Source: Planctomycetota bacterium
Lineage (GTDB): Bacteria > Planctomycetota > Planctomycetia > Pirellulales > Lacipirellulaceae
Direction of reading: 5' to 3'
Length of the DNA: 64,000 bases
Assembly: GCA_039190745.1 (NCBI GenBank)
Contig: JBCCXZ010000002.1
Coordinates: 1-64,000 of the forward strand
Part shown: positions 39,410-51,014 of the stretch, one piece after another
Numbering within the stretch: position 1 is the first letter of the stretch
How the letters are laid out: each line of letters opens with the position of its first letter
The notes under the pieces: model-generated
What the model was told of the DNA's origin: nothing
The model's input: only the letters and a program-made list of their open reading frames with translations
The model's database searches: none
Translations under genes and position numbers: made by a program

Positions 39410-41626
39410 TTAGCGTCGCTGGCTGCCTCCGGCAGCAGAGCGACTGGCGACGTCGACCCTCTTAGCCGGCAAAGAGCGGCCCAGCTCGCCATACATGAAC
39501 GCCAGGTTGCCGTAGGGCACGTCGACGGCCTCGGGCTCAAGCAGGCCGCCCTCGACGGCGTTCTCGACTAGGCGGAGCCCCGCCTCGGTGAGCTCGGTGG
39601 CCCGCTCCTGCTGGCCGGTCTGCCAGAACGAGACGCCCATGCTGACGAGGGCCTCGCCGTGGCGGCTCGGGGTGGCGATGGTCGTGACGGGCATCGGGTT
39701 GAGCAGGTAGTCTGCCGCGCGGTCGTACCACTGGCAGGCGGCCTCGTGGTCGTCGAAGTGAACGGCGTAGACCGCGCCCATGTGGAAGTAGAGCTCGCCC
39801 AGCACGTAGGCGGTGTCCGGCAGCTCGTCGCGGGTGTCGGCTACGGCCGAGAGCTTCTCGTCGGCGAGCCGCCCCAAGCGGAAAGCCTCGTCGGGGACGC
39901 CCCGCGAGTACTCGATCTGGGCCGCCAAGAAGTAGACCATGCCGAGGTCCCAAGCGGTCTGGCGGAGGAGCTGCTCGTCTTCGGTAGTCGTGGCGATCTG
40001 CTGGGCGGCCGACTCGGCCTCCTCGACCCACAGGGCGGGGTCGATCAGCGGCTCTAGGCGCCGCGCCGCGGCGAGCGACGTGCGGGCCACGCTGAGGCGT
40101 TCACCGAGGTGGTCGCGGTTGCCTTCGATCATGTGCTCGACGAGGGCCGACGCCCGCGAGACCCACTGGGCGACCGACTCGTTCTTGCCCGACCAGTCGC
40201 CCCGGGCGATCTCGGCCGCGATCGCGAGGTGGGCTTCGGCGAGCAGTTGTTCGGCGGCAACCCGGACGCCGTCGGAGCCGGCGGTCGCGAGTTTGTCGGC
40301 GATGGCGATGGCTTTGTTGTGAAGGCCCACCGACTGCTGGGCGAGCTTCTCAGGGCCGAACGAAGCCAACCGGCCCATCTCGTACAAGGCTTGGGCCCGC
40401 ACAATCGGCTCGACGTCGGACTCTTCCAGCAGCCCGCGGACGAGCTTGACCGCGACGTCGTAGCGAGCCAGCTCCCGCAGGCAGCGGGCCTGCTGCAGAC
40501 GGTGTGCGGCGTTGGCCGGGTCGATCTCGGCGGCCTCAGCCGCGAGGCGCTCGGCCTCGATGGCTTGACCGCAAGCGAGCTTCGTCTCTGAGAGGAGCAG
40601 CCTGGCGATGGTCGAGTTCGGGTCCAATAGGAGGGCCTGCTCCAGATCCGCGATCCGTTCGGAGGGACGCAGCAGAGACGTCTCTTGAGCGCGGAGCAGG
40701 AAGCCGTCCGCCTTGATCGGCTGGATCACGATCGCCGAAACCTGCGCGTCGAAGGCCCCGGCCAGCGGGTTCACCTCAACAGCGTCGGGCAATTCGCCGA
40801 ACGCCGGGTCCTGGAGCAGCTTCATCACCACGCCGCGTTCCGGGTAGATAAAGGCCGCCGGCAGCCCTTCGCCGTCTTGGACCTCAGCGATGCGGACGCC
40901 AGTAAGGCCGAGCGCCCCAGAGAGCTGCGAAGCGGTAAGCGGTTCCTCCAAAGCGACGACGATGTTCTCCAACAGGTCGCCGGAGAAGATCAGCCGGACA
41001 GCGCGGAAGTCGTCCATCTCGTAGTCGAGCTGTGAGCCGTCGGCGGAGGTAGTGACGGCGGGGCCCCACTGGGTTTCAGTTTCTGTGCGAGTCGAAACCC
41101 CCGGGAGCAGGCCGCGGAAGCTGATGGCTTCGAGGACGTCCTCGTCCGCGCGTTCGTCGGAGCTTTCCTCTGCGGTCACGTAGTCGGTGCCGGGCCCCTC
41201 GTCGGAACTAGCTTCCGCCGCGTCTGGGGTTGGTGGTACGGGATCGCTCGTCGGCGCAGGCGGCACGACGGTCTCAACCGTGGTCATGGCCAGTTGCTCC
41301 TGGCCGTGGTCGCCGGCGTCGATCTGCCCAGCGTTGTGATCACTGGCGGCGATCTCACTGGCATCATCACTGGCGTCGATGGCCCTGACGGCGTCGGACG
41401 CCTGAATCGCGTACGCGGATCCGTCGGGGGATTGGGTGATCAGGTCGGTACTGGTAACGACCGCGGGCTCGGCGTCCGATGCGTAGACGATCGGGTCGGG
41501 CAGGCCGACGCCATTCTCCTCGGCCAAAGCAGGGCAAGCGTGCGAGGCTAGCAGAGCCGCCAGAGCGATCGCGCCTTTGAGGGGGCCCGTCCAAGTACAG
41601 CCTCTCGAAGAGTCGTGGCCTGTCAT
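39410..41626 (-). CDS. Secreted TPR-containing protein with acidic low-complexity N-terminus
   Basis: Signal peptide, acidic linker, FRGLLPGVST...YPERGV domain and TPR-like helices. Confidence 0.8.
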   Translation of the reverse strand: MTGHDSSRGCTWTGPLKGAIALAALLASHACPALAEENGVGLPDPIVYASDAEPAVVTSTDLITQSPDGSAYAIQASDAVRAIDASDDASEIAASDHNAGQIDAGDHGQEQLAMTTVETVVPPAPTSDPVPPTPDAAEASSDEGPGTDYVTAEESSDERADEDVLEAISFRGLLPGVSTRTETETQWGPAVTTSADGSQLDYEMDDFRAVRLIFSGDLLENIVVALEEPLTASQLSGALGLTGVRIAEVQDGEGLPAAFIYPERGVVMKLLQDPAFGELPDAVEVNPLAGAFDAQVSAIVIQPIKADGFLLRAQETSLLRPSERIADLEQALLLDPNSTIARLLLSETKLACGQAIEAERLAAEAAEIDPANAAHRLQQARCLRELARYDVAVKLVRGLLEESDVEPIVRAQALYEMGRLASFGPEKLAQQSVGLHNKAIAIADKLATAGSDGVRVAAEQLLAEAHLAIAAEIARGDWSGKNESVAQWVSRASALVEHMIEGNRDHLGERLSVARTSLAAARRLEPLIDPALWVEEAESAAQQIATTTEDEQLLRQTAWDLGMVYFLAAQIEYSRGVPDEAFRLGRLADEKLSAVADTRDELPDTAYVLGELYFHMGAVYAVHFDDHEAACQWYDRAADYLLNPMPVTTIATPSRHGEALVSMGVSFWQTGQQERATELTEAGLRLVENAVEGGLLEPEAVDVPYGNLAFMYGELGRSLPAKRVDVASRSAAGGSQRR

Positions 41627-41789
41627 CGCGGATTCCTTGAGTAGATCGCAGGGCGGCCAAGACCGCCGGCGCAGCTCCGTGAGTGTTCTCCCATCGTGCT
41701 GTATCGGTTGGGGCGACTTTACGCGTTACACCAATCAGCGAGGCGGCGCGGATTTGTGCGAAGTCGCGGCCCGCTAGCGGTGCACGCTG

Positions 41790-42935
41790 CTAGCGGAGCC
41801 TGCCTGGCGCGGCGAGTTCGGCGAGTTGCTCGATGGCTTCCTCCCGCCGACCGGCGTCGCAAGCCGTGAGGGCAGCGGCGAGCTGCTGCTCGTGGCGGGG
41901 CAGAAATGGGACCGCGGCGCCTGCCGCTGGCGGAGTCGGCACGAGCCGGCCAGCGATCTCTGCTAGCAGGCCCTCCAGCCCCCGACCGGTCAGTGCCGAC
42001 ACGATAACGCCCTTTCGATTGGAGGGGTCCGCGATCGCGAGGTCTCGTTTGTTCCAAACTTCAACGACCCGCGGCGGGTCTGCCGGCGGCGTCTCGGCTT
42101 CTGGAGAGCGGACGGTGAGATCGCGGACCCACAAGACGAGGTCTGCCTCCGCGACCGAAGCATGCGTGCGCCGGATGCCCTCCCGTTCGACCGGGTCAAC
42201 TTCAGCGCGCAAGCCGGCGGTGTCCGAGAGCCGCACGGGCCAGCCGTCGACGGCGGTGGTCTCACCAATCGCGTCCCGCGTCGTGCCGGGCTCGGGGTGC
42301 ACGATCGCGCGGCGGTAACCGACGATCGCGTTCAAGAGCGAGCTCTTCCCGGCGTTGGGCCTGCCCGCGAGCACCACACGCCAAGGCGTGGTCAGCCGGC
42401 ATCCCAGGGAGTAGCGGCCGTGCGTCTCGCGGAGCAAGGCGGCCGCAGACGGGAATTGGTCGTCTTGGATCCATGCCATCGCCCGGCGAGCCGCGTCATC
42501 GAGTGCCCCATGGAGCTGGTCGATTAGGACGCCCGCCGCCCGGAGCGTGAGGGCGCCGGCCAGTTCACGCCGGGCCTCCGACGCTACCAAAGAAACGCCG
42601 CTCAGCCGTTCGTCAGAAACCACGGTGCAGCCTGCCTCGGCCAAGTCGCCCATCACGCGGCCCACTGCGGCGGCTCCGCCGTGGCAATGCAGCTCCAGTT
42701 CGCTGGGGCCCCGGCGAGCGGCAATCACTTCCTCGCCGTGCGAGCCGCCCCAGCGGCCGAAGGCGATCCGACCGGCCGGCCATTCACGGGGAGGCTTGCC
42801 GCTGGCGGGGACGAAATGCGTTGCGACGGCGGCTTCGGCGCCAGGCCCCGAGATTCGGACCACCGCGACCGCACCCCTGCCCGGCGGGGTGACTTGCGAC
42901 GCAACCGTCGGCGTCCGACTGTCGCGTTGGTTCAT
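41790..42935 (-). CDS. mnmE: MnmE/TrmE-like GTPase (short form lacking the C-terminal FCxGK motif)
   Basis: TPPGRGAVAVVRISG, ELHCHGG, GRPNAGKSS, GTTRD, DTAG and NKRD. Confidence 0.7.
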   Translation of the reverse strand: MNQRDSRTPTVASQVTPPGRGAVAVVRISGPGAEAAVATHFVPASGKPPREWPAGRIAFGRWGGSHGEEVIAARRGPSELELHCHGGAAAVGRVMGDLAEAGCTVVSDERLSGVSLVASEARRELAGALTLRAAGVLIDQLHGALDDAARRAMAWIQDDQFPSAAALLRETHGRYSLGCRLTTPWRVVLAGRPNAGKSSLLNAIVGYRRAIVHPEPGTTRDAIGETTAVDGWPVRLSDTAGLRAEVDPVEREGIRRTHASVAEADLVLWVRDLTVRSPEAETPPADPPRVVEVWNKRDLAIADPSNRKGVIVSALTGRGLEGLLAEIAGRLVPTPPAAGAAVPFLPRHEQQLAAALTACDAGRREEAIEQLAELAAPGRLR

Positions 42936-43767
42936 CGGTCGTTGGCCCAGGCGTGGTAGACGCCCGAGAGCACCATGTGCGGCACAAAACGGGCGGCGGG
43001 CAAGCAGCGAGCCAACCCGGCGCCGTCACCCCCGGTGACAAACACTTCGGGCGGTCCGGGCAGGCCTTCACCAAGCTTCGCCACAAGCTCGCGGAGCCCT
43101 CCGACCGAACCCCAGTACATACCCGACTCGATGGCTTGCCGCGTGTCTCGGCCGAGCGGTTCGGGGGGGCTTTCGGCGATGTCTGTTTCAATCAGCGGCA
43201 ATGCGGCTGCGCCCCGATGGAGCGATTCCGCGGCTATGCGGAGGCCGGGCAAGATGGCCCCGCCGAGGAACGCACCCTCGGCGGAGACTAAGTTCACGGT
43301 GATCGCCGTCCCGACGGTCGCCGCGATCGCGGCCCGTTGCGGGCGTTTCAATCGTGCGGCCACGGCGGCACACAGCAAGCGATCGATGCCGACCGAAGGC
43401 GGGTGGTCGACTTCGATCGGGATGCCGATCTCTTGGCCGTCCAGCGTCTGCGGGGGAGTTCCTAACAGCGGGGCGAGCAGTGTCTCGACCCGGCTCGCGG
43501 CCTCCGGGTAGACCGAAGCCACGAGCGTCTCGGCGCGGGGCAGCCCCGGCAAGCCGGTGAGCCATACCTGCACCGATGACTCGAAAGACGCCGCGCTGTG
43601 TGGGACTGCCAGGACGGCCTCGGGGGGACGCACGACCGGTGGAGCAATCGCCAGCGGTCCGCCGCTGGCGGCGGTTTCGCACTCGCCCCCGCCCGGGAAC
43701 CAACCGAACTTGACGAGGCTGTTGCCGATGTCGACGGCCAACAAGTCAGCGTGATTGCCTGTCGCGG

Positions 43768-43771
<4 letters not shown>
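42932..43771 (-). CDS. coaX: Type III pantothenate kinase
   Basis: AVDIGNS, ASV, GIDR, GTAIT, GGAILPG and TGGD; ATGA overlaps with both neighbours. Confidence 0.92.
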
Positions 43772-44769
<998 letters not shown>

Positions 44770-44930
44770 TGGGTTGCGGCCCTGCCTGCCGGCGGCGGCC
44801 CTTGGGGTGTTGGCCGCTTCGGGTTTGTTGGCGGGCTCACTTTGCCAACCGGCTGGCAACGCGCAGCCGAGAACACGGAACCAGCTCGATACTCCGCTAG
44901 CGGGGGCGTCGCTTAGGCTCTCTGGACGAC

Positions 44931-45179
44931 TCAGGCGCTCTGGACAACGTTGATGCGCCGGCCCTTGCGGTCGAACATCACCTCGCCGTCGACAAGGGCG
45001 AACAGCGTGTAGTCTTTCCCCTGGCCCACGCCGGAACCTGGGTGGAACTTGTTGCCTACTTGGCGGATGAGGATGTTGCCCGCGGTGACCTTCTCGCCGC
45101 CGAAACGCTTGACGCCACGCCGCTGGGCATTCGAGTCGCGGCCGTTGCGGCTAGAGCCTTGTCCCTTCTTGTGGGCCAT
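44931..45179 (-). CDS. rpmA: 50S ribosomal protein L27
   Basis: [24 protein letters not shown]...GNILIRQ...DYTLFA. Confidence 0.97.
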   Translation of the reverse strand: MAHKKGQGSSRNGRDSNAQRRGVKRFGGEKVTAGNILIRQVGNKFHPGSGVGQGKDYTLFALVDGEVMFDRKGRRINVVQSA

Positions 45180-45269
45180 GGGAGATCCCCGTTGTGTGAC
45201 GCTAAGGTTTAGTGTGACGCCGGTTGCGGATGTTACCGGCCGCCCGTCGCGGCGGCGGAACTCCACAGA

Positions 45270-46259
45270 TTAGCGGTACACCCAGCGGTACGCAACACCC
45301 TCGTCGCTGCTGTAGGCGTCTGCCCGGCCGAGGGGGGCCCCGAAGCGGATTTCCCGCTCGTCTTCGTCGATGTCGTCCCCGGGGCGCCAAAAGTTCAATT
45401 GCAGGGCCTTGCGGGTGAATGTGCGGCCCGTCCCGGGGGCATCGCCCGGCTGGAAAGCGCCCTCGGGGTTCTCGAACCGGTAGGCGTTCGTCAGGCCCGT
45501 GACGTAGACGGCGAAGAAGTCGATCCGCGGGTCGACATCCTCCCAGATGGCCACGCCCCACTCGCCGCCGACTGCTCTGCCGCTCTCGATAGGCAGGACT
45601 TGGTTGGCCATGCCGACGCTGTTCTGCAAGACGCCCCCGGGGAACTCCCGGTTCTCGATCGGCTGGTAGGCGGTGGGCACGACCCTGTCGAGGTACTCTT
45701 TGCCAAGTGGCTTGCCTTCGGCGTCCTCGTCGTGGCTGACCAAGACAAACTGGGGGATGAAGCGGAGCTCGCCCGGCGACTTCTGGGCCGTTGTGAAGGT
45801 GCCGTCCTCGGCCTGGGAGGGGCTCAAGCCGGCGCCGGTGTTCCGCACCCGGTAGACCAAGTACCAGAGGAGTTTCCGACGCATCTTGCCGTTGGGCTGG
45901 GGGACATCGACCTCGATCATCCGCATCGGTTTGAAAGCGAACTCGAGACACCAGATGTCGCGGCGGAAGCGAATCGTCTCGGCCTTGCCCAGCAGCGTGC
46001 GGGATTCTGCGCTGTGGTTGGGCGTCCAGCGGAAGTCGGGCTGTGCGAGGATCTCGACGAGGCTGTCCGTCTGCACCGTATCGGCAGGGTCGAGCTCGGG
46101 GGGAACGATCTCAAGCACGCCCGGCGCGAAGCGGCCGGCATTCTGACCGAGTGCCGGCGGCGCCAAAGCCGCCGTACAGGCTACGCCCGCGAGTACAGCA
46201 GCCGCTGTGACGAGCCTCGCGACTTTCGAAACGGCGGGGCTAGTGTGGGCTACGGGCAT
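45270..46259 (-). CDS. Secreted hypothetical protein (planctomycete-type)
   Basis: Start refined to MPVAHT; signal peptide, then WCLEFAFKPMRMI...WYLVYRVRN...GLTNAY...LNFWRPGD. Confidence 0.75.
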   Translation of the reverse strand: MPVAHTSPAVSKVARLVTAAAVLAGVACTAALAPPALGQNAGRFAPGVLEIVPPELDPADTVQTDSLVEILAQPDFRWTPNHSAESRTLLGKAETIRFRRDIWCLEFAFKPMRMIEVDVPQPNGKMRRKLLWYLVYRVRNTGAGLSPSQAEDGTFTTAQKSPGELRFIPQFVLVSHDEDAEGKPLGKEYLDRVVPTAYQPIENREFPGGVLQNSVGMANQVLPIESGRAVGGEWGVAIWEDVDPRIDFFAVYVTGLTNAYRFENPEGAFQPGDAPGTGRTFTRKALQLNFWRPGDDIDEDEREIRFGAPLGRADAYSSDEGVAYRWVYR

Positions 46260-46540
46260 AGATTCGGCGAGGGGGTCGGAGGGTGCTGCTTGCGATCGGC
46301 GGATGAGAACCTGCTGCAAGCCAGTATAAATGCGGGGTTTCCGCCCGCAAAGCAAAACAGGCGGTTCGGGCAAGCCGGCGAGGGTCCCGCTGCGTCGGTC
46401 GTCAGCACCCGCAGAATCGGAACGTTCTACGCTGCCAGCGGGAGGTGGGGCGACCATCCAATGGCCCAGAAGACAAGAAAGGCGGCGGCCCGGAGCCTTG
46501 CCGAGCCGCAGCCTTATGGAACTCTCAGACACCGCGAAGG

Positions 46541-47332
46541 CTACTCGTTGGCGCCTTTGTTCATCCCGAACATGCCGACGATGGCGGCCCCGATGACCAT
46601 CAGCAGGACGCCGGTCGGCTCGGGGATCTCGTTGTCTTCGGCCTCTCGGGTCGTGACGCGGATGTTCAGGTTGTCTTTACTCGCCGAGGCTTGGGTGCCG
46701 GAGCCCTCGGTGGCCGCGAACAGGTTGTTGCTCACCGTGAGGGCGACCTTGGTGACCTCGCCGTCGGGGTCAAAATCGCCCGCACCGGTCCACTGCTCGG
46801 TGAACGAAATCTCACCGGCGGAGTCGACCGAGTGCTGGAAGATGTTGTCCGGTAGAAAGTCGAGGAACAGCGAGTCGGCTGGGACCGCGACCGGGCCGCC
46901 AGCGACCTCGAGGACGCTGAGGACGGCGAACGACTCAACCTTGGTGAGGGCGTCTCCGCTGAACGCGACGGTCAGCGTGGAGAACCCGACTTCGGTGATC
47001 TCGATCGTGTCAATCACAAAGCCCGGCTTAGCCTCGATGGTCAGTGCGAGCTGGCCGTCGGTCTGGTCGGAAGCGCCGCCATCAAGAGACGCGGCGGAGA
47101 AGCTCGCGTTTGGAGAGAAGTCGAGGGCGTCGCCGGCCAGTGTGGGGCCGCCGAACAGAGGGACGACGTCGCCGGGTGCGGCGCTCTCGACGATGTCGGA
47201 AAAGACAACCGTGGAGCCCATGACGTCGGGGTACGACATCGAAGCACGGGCGGCGGGGTTGAGCGCCAAGGCGGCGCACACAGCAGGCAGGGCAGCAGCG
47301 AGGCACGCGGTGCAGAATCTTGTTCGTCTCAT
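46541..47332 (-). CDS. PEP-CTERM sorting domain protein
   Basis: Signal peptide, acidic beta-rich body and IPEPTGVLLMVIGAAIVGMFG tail. Confidence 0.82.
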   Translation of the reverse strand: MRRTRFCTACLAAALPAVCAALALNPAARASMSYPDVMGSTVVFSDIVESAAPGDVVPLFGGPTLAGDALDFSPNASFSAASLDGGASDQTDGQLALTIEAKPGFVIDTIEITEVGFSTLTVAFSGDALTKVESFAVLSVLEVAGGPVAVPADSLFLDFLPDNIFQHSVDSAGEISFTEQWTGAGDFDPDGEVTKVALTVSNNLFAATEGSGTQASASKDNLNIRVTTREAEDNEIPEPTGVLLMVIGAAIVGMFGMNKGANE

Positions 47333-48090
47333 GGGATCTCTTCTCGGGTGGTGGTGGGTCAGCCGCCTACAGCTGATCTCGCTCGGCAGGAGACGCGCCG
47401 CGGCATTCATTGCCACGACACCGTCGGTTTCAGCCCCCGTCCCGGGGGGGCACAAAAAAACGGCTGCCGGAAAAGCACTGCAGGCCCAACGCGATTGCCG
47501 CGGGGGAAAGAGTGGGTTTCCGGTCGCCGTTTCTGGATTAGCGTTACTCGCGGGGTGCTAACGGGAGGGCGTTAGGCTGTGGGTCTTGCAGTGGAATTAA
47601 GCGTGGTTTGCGGGGCGTAATTTGCGGGCTCTTGCCGTGGTCCTCGTGGTCGGTACACCGCAATGAGTCCACAAAGAGTCCACAAAAAAAGCGACTCCCA
47701 CATACCTTCTCTCGGAGCAGGAACGGACGATTCCTGTCGCAAAAAAAGGGTTGTGAGAGCCGCTCTGTTATTAGCGTTACCAGCGTGTTCGGGTGGGACG
47801 CAGCCGCGTGGTGCAACGGTCTGCGCAACCGAAAGCTAGACGGCAAAAACCACCTAGATCCTTCCAGCCGTCGAGCAAGTTACCAGCCTACGCAGGGCGG
47901 TCAAGCGCTGTTCTGACAAACAAGGTGAGATAATCCAGATTTTCAGGCCAACCACTGAAAGCTCTGCCTGCAGGTGTTGGCGGCGAGTGGCTAAGGGCCA
48001 TCGGAAAGCCGCGGGCCTCGAGGCGAAGCTGGCGCCCCGCCCCGAGGTGGTTGTGTCCTGACGCGGCTGAGATCGGCCCCGGAGGGGTAC

Positions 48091-48864
48091 TCAGAACTCC
48101 TCTTCTCGTTCTTCTCGTTCTTCTTCGGGGGCTCGTTCGTCAAATTCCGGGCGGGGCGGGCGACGGCCTTCGTCCGGACGGCGACGGGGTCCTCGGCGGT
48201 ACTCACCCCGCGGGGGCGGGCCACGCCGCTCGTCTTCGGAGAACTCGCCCCGTGGCGGGCGCGGGCGGTCGAAATCGGGGCGGGGCCCCCTCGGAGGGCC
48301 GGGGGGGCCCGGACGGAAATCGCCACGGCGTTGCGGCAGCGGGCCGAAGCCACGGTCGCCGCCACTCTGAGGGCCGCCCCTACGGGCGCCTTGGCCTTCC
48401 ATACGCTCACGCCTGGCCCGCATGCTGTCGGCTAGTTCCCGGAATTCTTCGAGGTTCAGCTCGCCGTTGCCATCGGCGTCGAATCGGTTGAAGAGCTCTT
48501 CGGGCCGCGGCGGTCGGCGACCTTCCTGACCGCGTTGGCCCCGCGAACCACGGCCTTCGGGGCCACGCCCCTCAAAACCACGGTCGCCGCGCTCCGGCCC
48601 TCGTGCCCGCCCTTTGCCCTGGCCGCGGCCCTCGCCGCGACCGCTTCGGCCGTCGCGTTGCATGCGTTCTCTGGCCGCACGCGCCTCGGCTCGTTCGTCT
48701 TCGCTGAGCTGGCCGTCGCCGTCGGCGTCGAACCGCTGCAGGATCCGCTCTCGCATCTGGGCTCGGCCGGGCTTGGCGCCCTGGGAGTCTGCCGGGGCCT
48801 CCTCGGCGGCTGCCGGCCCGCCGATCATCAGGGCCACTACCGCGGCCGCTAGGTACGTTCTCAT
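48091..48864 (-). CDS. Secreted EF-hand protein with Gly/Arg/Pro-rich disordered regions
   Basis: AGGAGG SD, signal peptide, and FDADGDGQLSEDE and FDADGNGELNLEEF loops. Confidence 0.87.
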   Translation of the reverse strand: MRTYLAAAVVALMIGGPAAAEEAPADSQGAKPGRAQMRERILQRFDADGDGQLSEDERAEARAARERMQRDGRSGRGEGRGQGKGRARGPERGDRGFEGRGPEGRGSRGQRGQEGRRPPRPEELFNRFDADGNGELNLEEFRELADSMRARRERMEGQGARRGGPQSGGDRGFGPLPQRRGDFRPGPPGPPRGPRPDFDRPRPPRGEFSEDERRGPPPRGEYRRGPRRRPDEGRRPPRPEFDERAPEEEREEREEEF

Positions 48865-49136
48865 CGTTCTGCCTCCTGTTTAGAAATCTGGCTTGTCGCC
48901 TGGGTCTTTCAGTCTGTGGAGCCCCGATTATCGTGGCCCTGTTAGATTCAACTCCGGCCGAGCCCCGAAGTTCCGCGGCTACCCGCCAACCGGATCGACT
49001 CCGGCGTAAAGCATTTTCACAGCAGAAGTTCTGGCCGAGTGCGGTCTGTGCCCTCCGGCGATCCTCGACGTACAATACGGCCGCTGCCAGCACCCTCCCG
49101 GATAGTCCCGCCGCCCCCAGAACACCGGCCAACACT

Positions 49137-51014
49137 TTGACACCCGCTCTGTACATGGCGTCGGTTCTAGCCCTGGGCGTCTTCGCCCAGTGGATCGCGT
49201 GGCGGCTGAAGCTGCCCGCGATCGTGCTGCTGCTTGCCTTCGGATTGGCCTTGGGCCAGATCGACGGGGGCGACGATTCCGCCCAGACAAACGATTCGTT
49301 CTTCGCGATGGTTTCGCTCGCTGTGGGGATCATCCTCTTCGAGGGCGGCCTCACGCTAAACTTCCGCGAGATCCGCGAGACCCGAGGGGTCGTGCTCCGG
49401 CTGGTGACGGTGGGGCTGCTCATCAGTTGGGTGCTCGCCTCGGTGCTGGCGTACTACGTGGCGGGGTTCTCGCTGCGGATGGCGGTGCTGCTGGGCGCTT
49501 TGCTAACGGTGAGCGGTCCGACGGTCATCCTGCCGCTGCTGCGGCATGTGCAACCGGTCCGGCGCGTCGGGTCGCTCGCCAAGTGGGAGGGCGTGATCAA
49601 CGACCCCATCGGGGCGGTCCTCGCGGCGCTGGTCTTCGAGGTGGTGCTCCACGGCGCTCACGAAAAGGTTGCAGAGACTTCTATCTACTCGCTCGGGGTT
49701 ACTCTGCTCGTGGCGCTGAGCTTGTGCGCCGTCACGGCTTGGGCCCTGCTGCTCTGCCTGCGTCGGTACTGGGTTCCAGACTTCCTGCAGAACCCGCTGA
49801 TCCTTGGCCTGGTGCTGGTGGTCTACGCGCTCTCGAACTCGATCCAGCCCGAATCGGGTCTGGTGACCGTTACGGTGCTGGGCCTCGTACTGGCCAACCA
49901 GAGCAAGGTCAAGCTGCAACACGTCGTAGCCTTCAAGGAGAACCTCCGCGTCCTGCTGATTTCGACGCTGTTCATCGTGCTGGCCTCGCGGCTGGAGTTG
50001 GGCTCCGCGGCCTTGGCCTCGGTGGGCTGGCGTGTGCCGCTGTTTGTCGCGCTGCTGATCCTGCTGGTCCGACCGGTGGCCGTATTCCTCTCGACCATCG
50101 GCAGCCCGTTGGACTTGCGCGAACGAGCGTTCCTGGCTTGGATCCACCCGCGGGGCATCGTCGCCGCTGCGGTGAGCTCGTTGTTCGCTCTGGAGATTAC
50201 CAAGTCGCTCGGGCCCGAAGACCCGCTGAGCCAGGAAGCCGACCTGTTTGTGCTCACCACGTTCATGGTGATCGTGGGCACGGTGTTGGTGTACGGACTG
50301 ACGCTGGCCCCCCTGGCCCGACGGCTGGGCGTTTCCGGAGAAAACCCGCAGGGCATCCTGTTCGCCGGGGCCTCGCCCGCGGTGCGTGAGATCGCCAATG
50401 CCGTGCAGGTCGAGGGGTACTCGGTGCTGCTGGTGGACACCAATCCGCGGAACATTGCCGCGGCCCGGATGGCCGGCCTGCCGGTCTCGTACGCGAGCAT
50501 CGGCAGCGAGTTTGTCCACGAAGAGGTCGACCTGGGCGGCATCGGACGCCTCCTGGCGATGACGCCCAACGACGAGGTGAACACCCTCGCCGCGATGGGC
50601 CTCTCCGAGCGCTTTGGCTGGGCCGAGGTCTATCAAGTAGCCTTTGACGGAACAAAGAACGAGAAGCGGCAGAACGTGGGGGCGTACCGGAAGGCCCGGA
50701 TCCTGTTCGCCCAGCCGACGACGGTTTCCGAGTTGGAGAAGCGCCTGAAGAACGGCTCGGTCGTTAAGAAGACGACGATCAGCGAAGACTTCACGATGGA
50801 CGACTTCCGCGCCCGCTACGGCGAGACGGCCGTGCCGCTATTCACCATGTCGGAAGGCGGCGAGTTGGTCGTGGCGACCAGCGACCGTGAGGTCTCCGCG
50901 AAGGCGGGTCAGAAGCTCATCGCGCTCGTCGACGAGGCCGAGGGCTCGGGTATCAGGAAGATGCGGGCGGAACCAGACGGAACAACAGCCGAGTCGGGCG
51001 GCGAGCCGACATGA
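49137..51014 (+). CDS. CPA1/NhaP-type cation:proton antiporter with C-terminal RCK/TrkA-N-like domain
   Basis: ILFEGGL, GPTVI, WEGVINDPIGA, PRGIVAA and many TM helices. Start is TTG 49137 or ATG 49155. Confidence 0.92.
   Translation: MTPALYMASVLALGVFAQWIAWRLKLPAIVLLLAFGLALGQIDGGDDSAQTNDSFFAMVSLAVGIILFEGGLTLNFREIRETRGVVLRLVTVGLLISWVLASVLAYYVAGFSLRMAVLLGALLTVSGPTVILPLLRHVQPVRRVGSLAKWEGVINDPIGAVLAALVFEVVLHGAHEKVAETSIYSLGVTLLVALSLCAVTAWALLLCLRRYWVPDFLQNPLILGLVLVVYALSNSIQPESGLVTVTVLGLVLANQSKVKLQHVVAFKENLRVLLISTLFIVLASRLELGSAALASVGWRVPLFVALLILLVRPVAVFLSTIGSPLDLRERAFLAWIHPRGIVAAAVSSLFALEITKSLGPEDPLSQEADLFVLTTFMVIVGTVLVYGLTLAPLARRLGVSGENPQGILFAGASPAVREIANAVQVEGYSVLLVDTNPRNIAAARMAGLPVSYASIGSEFVHEEVDLGGIGRLLAMTPNDEVNTLAAMGLSERFGWAEVYQVAFDGTKNEKRQNVGAYRKARILFAQPTTVSELEKRLKNGSVVKKTTISEDFTMDDFRARYGETAVPLFTMSEGGELVVATSDREVSAKAGQKLIALVDEAEGSGIRKMRAEPDGTTAESGGEPT

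Noticed and set aside
45399..47561. 720-aa plus-strand ORF and similar long antisense ORFs (1172-2764, 9742-11082)
   Set aside because: Shadow ORFs of well-supported opposite-strand genes, as expected in high-GC DNA.
47665..47686. DnaA boxes / replication origin
   Set aside because: Only 6/9 match to TTATCCACA, with no box cluster, unwinding element or dnaA context.
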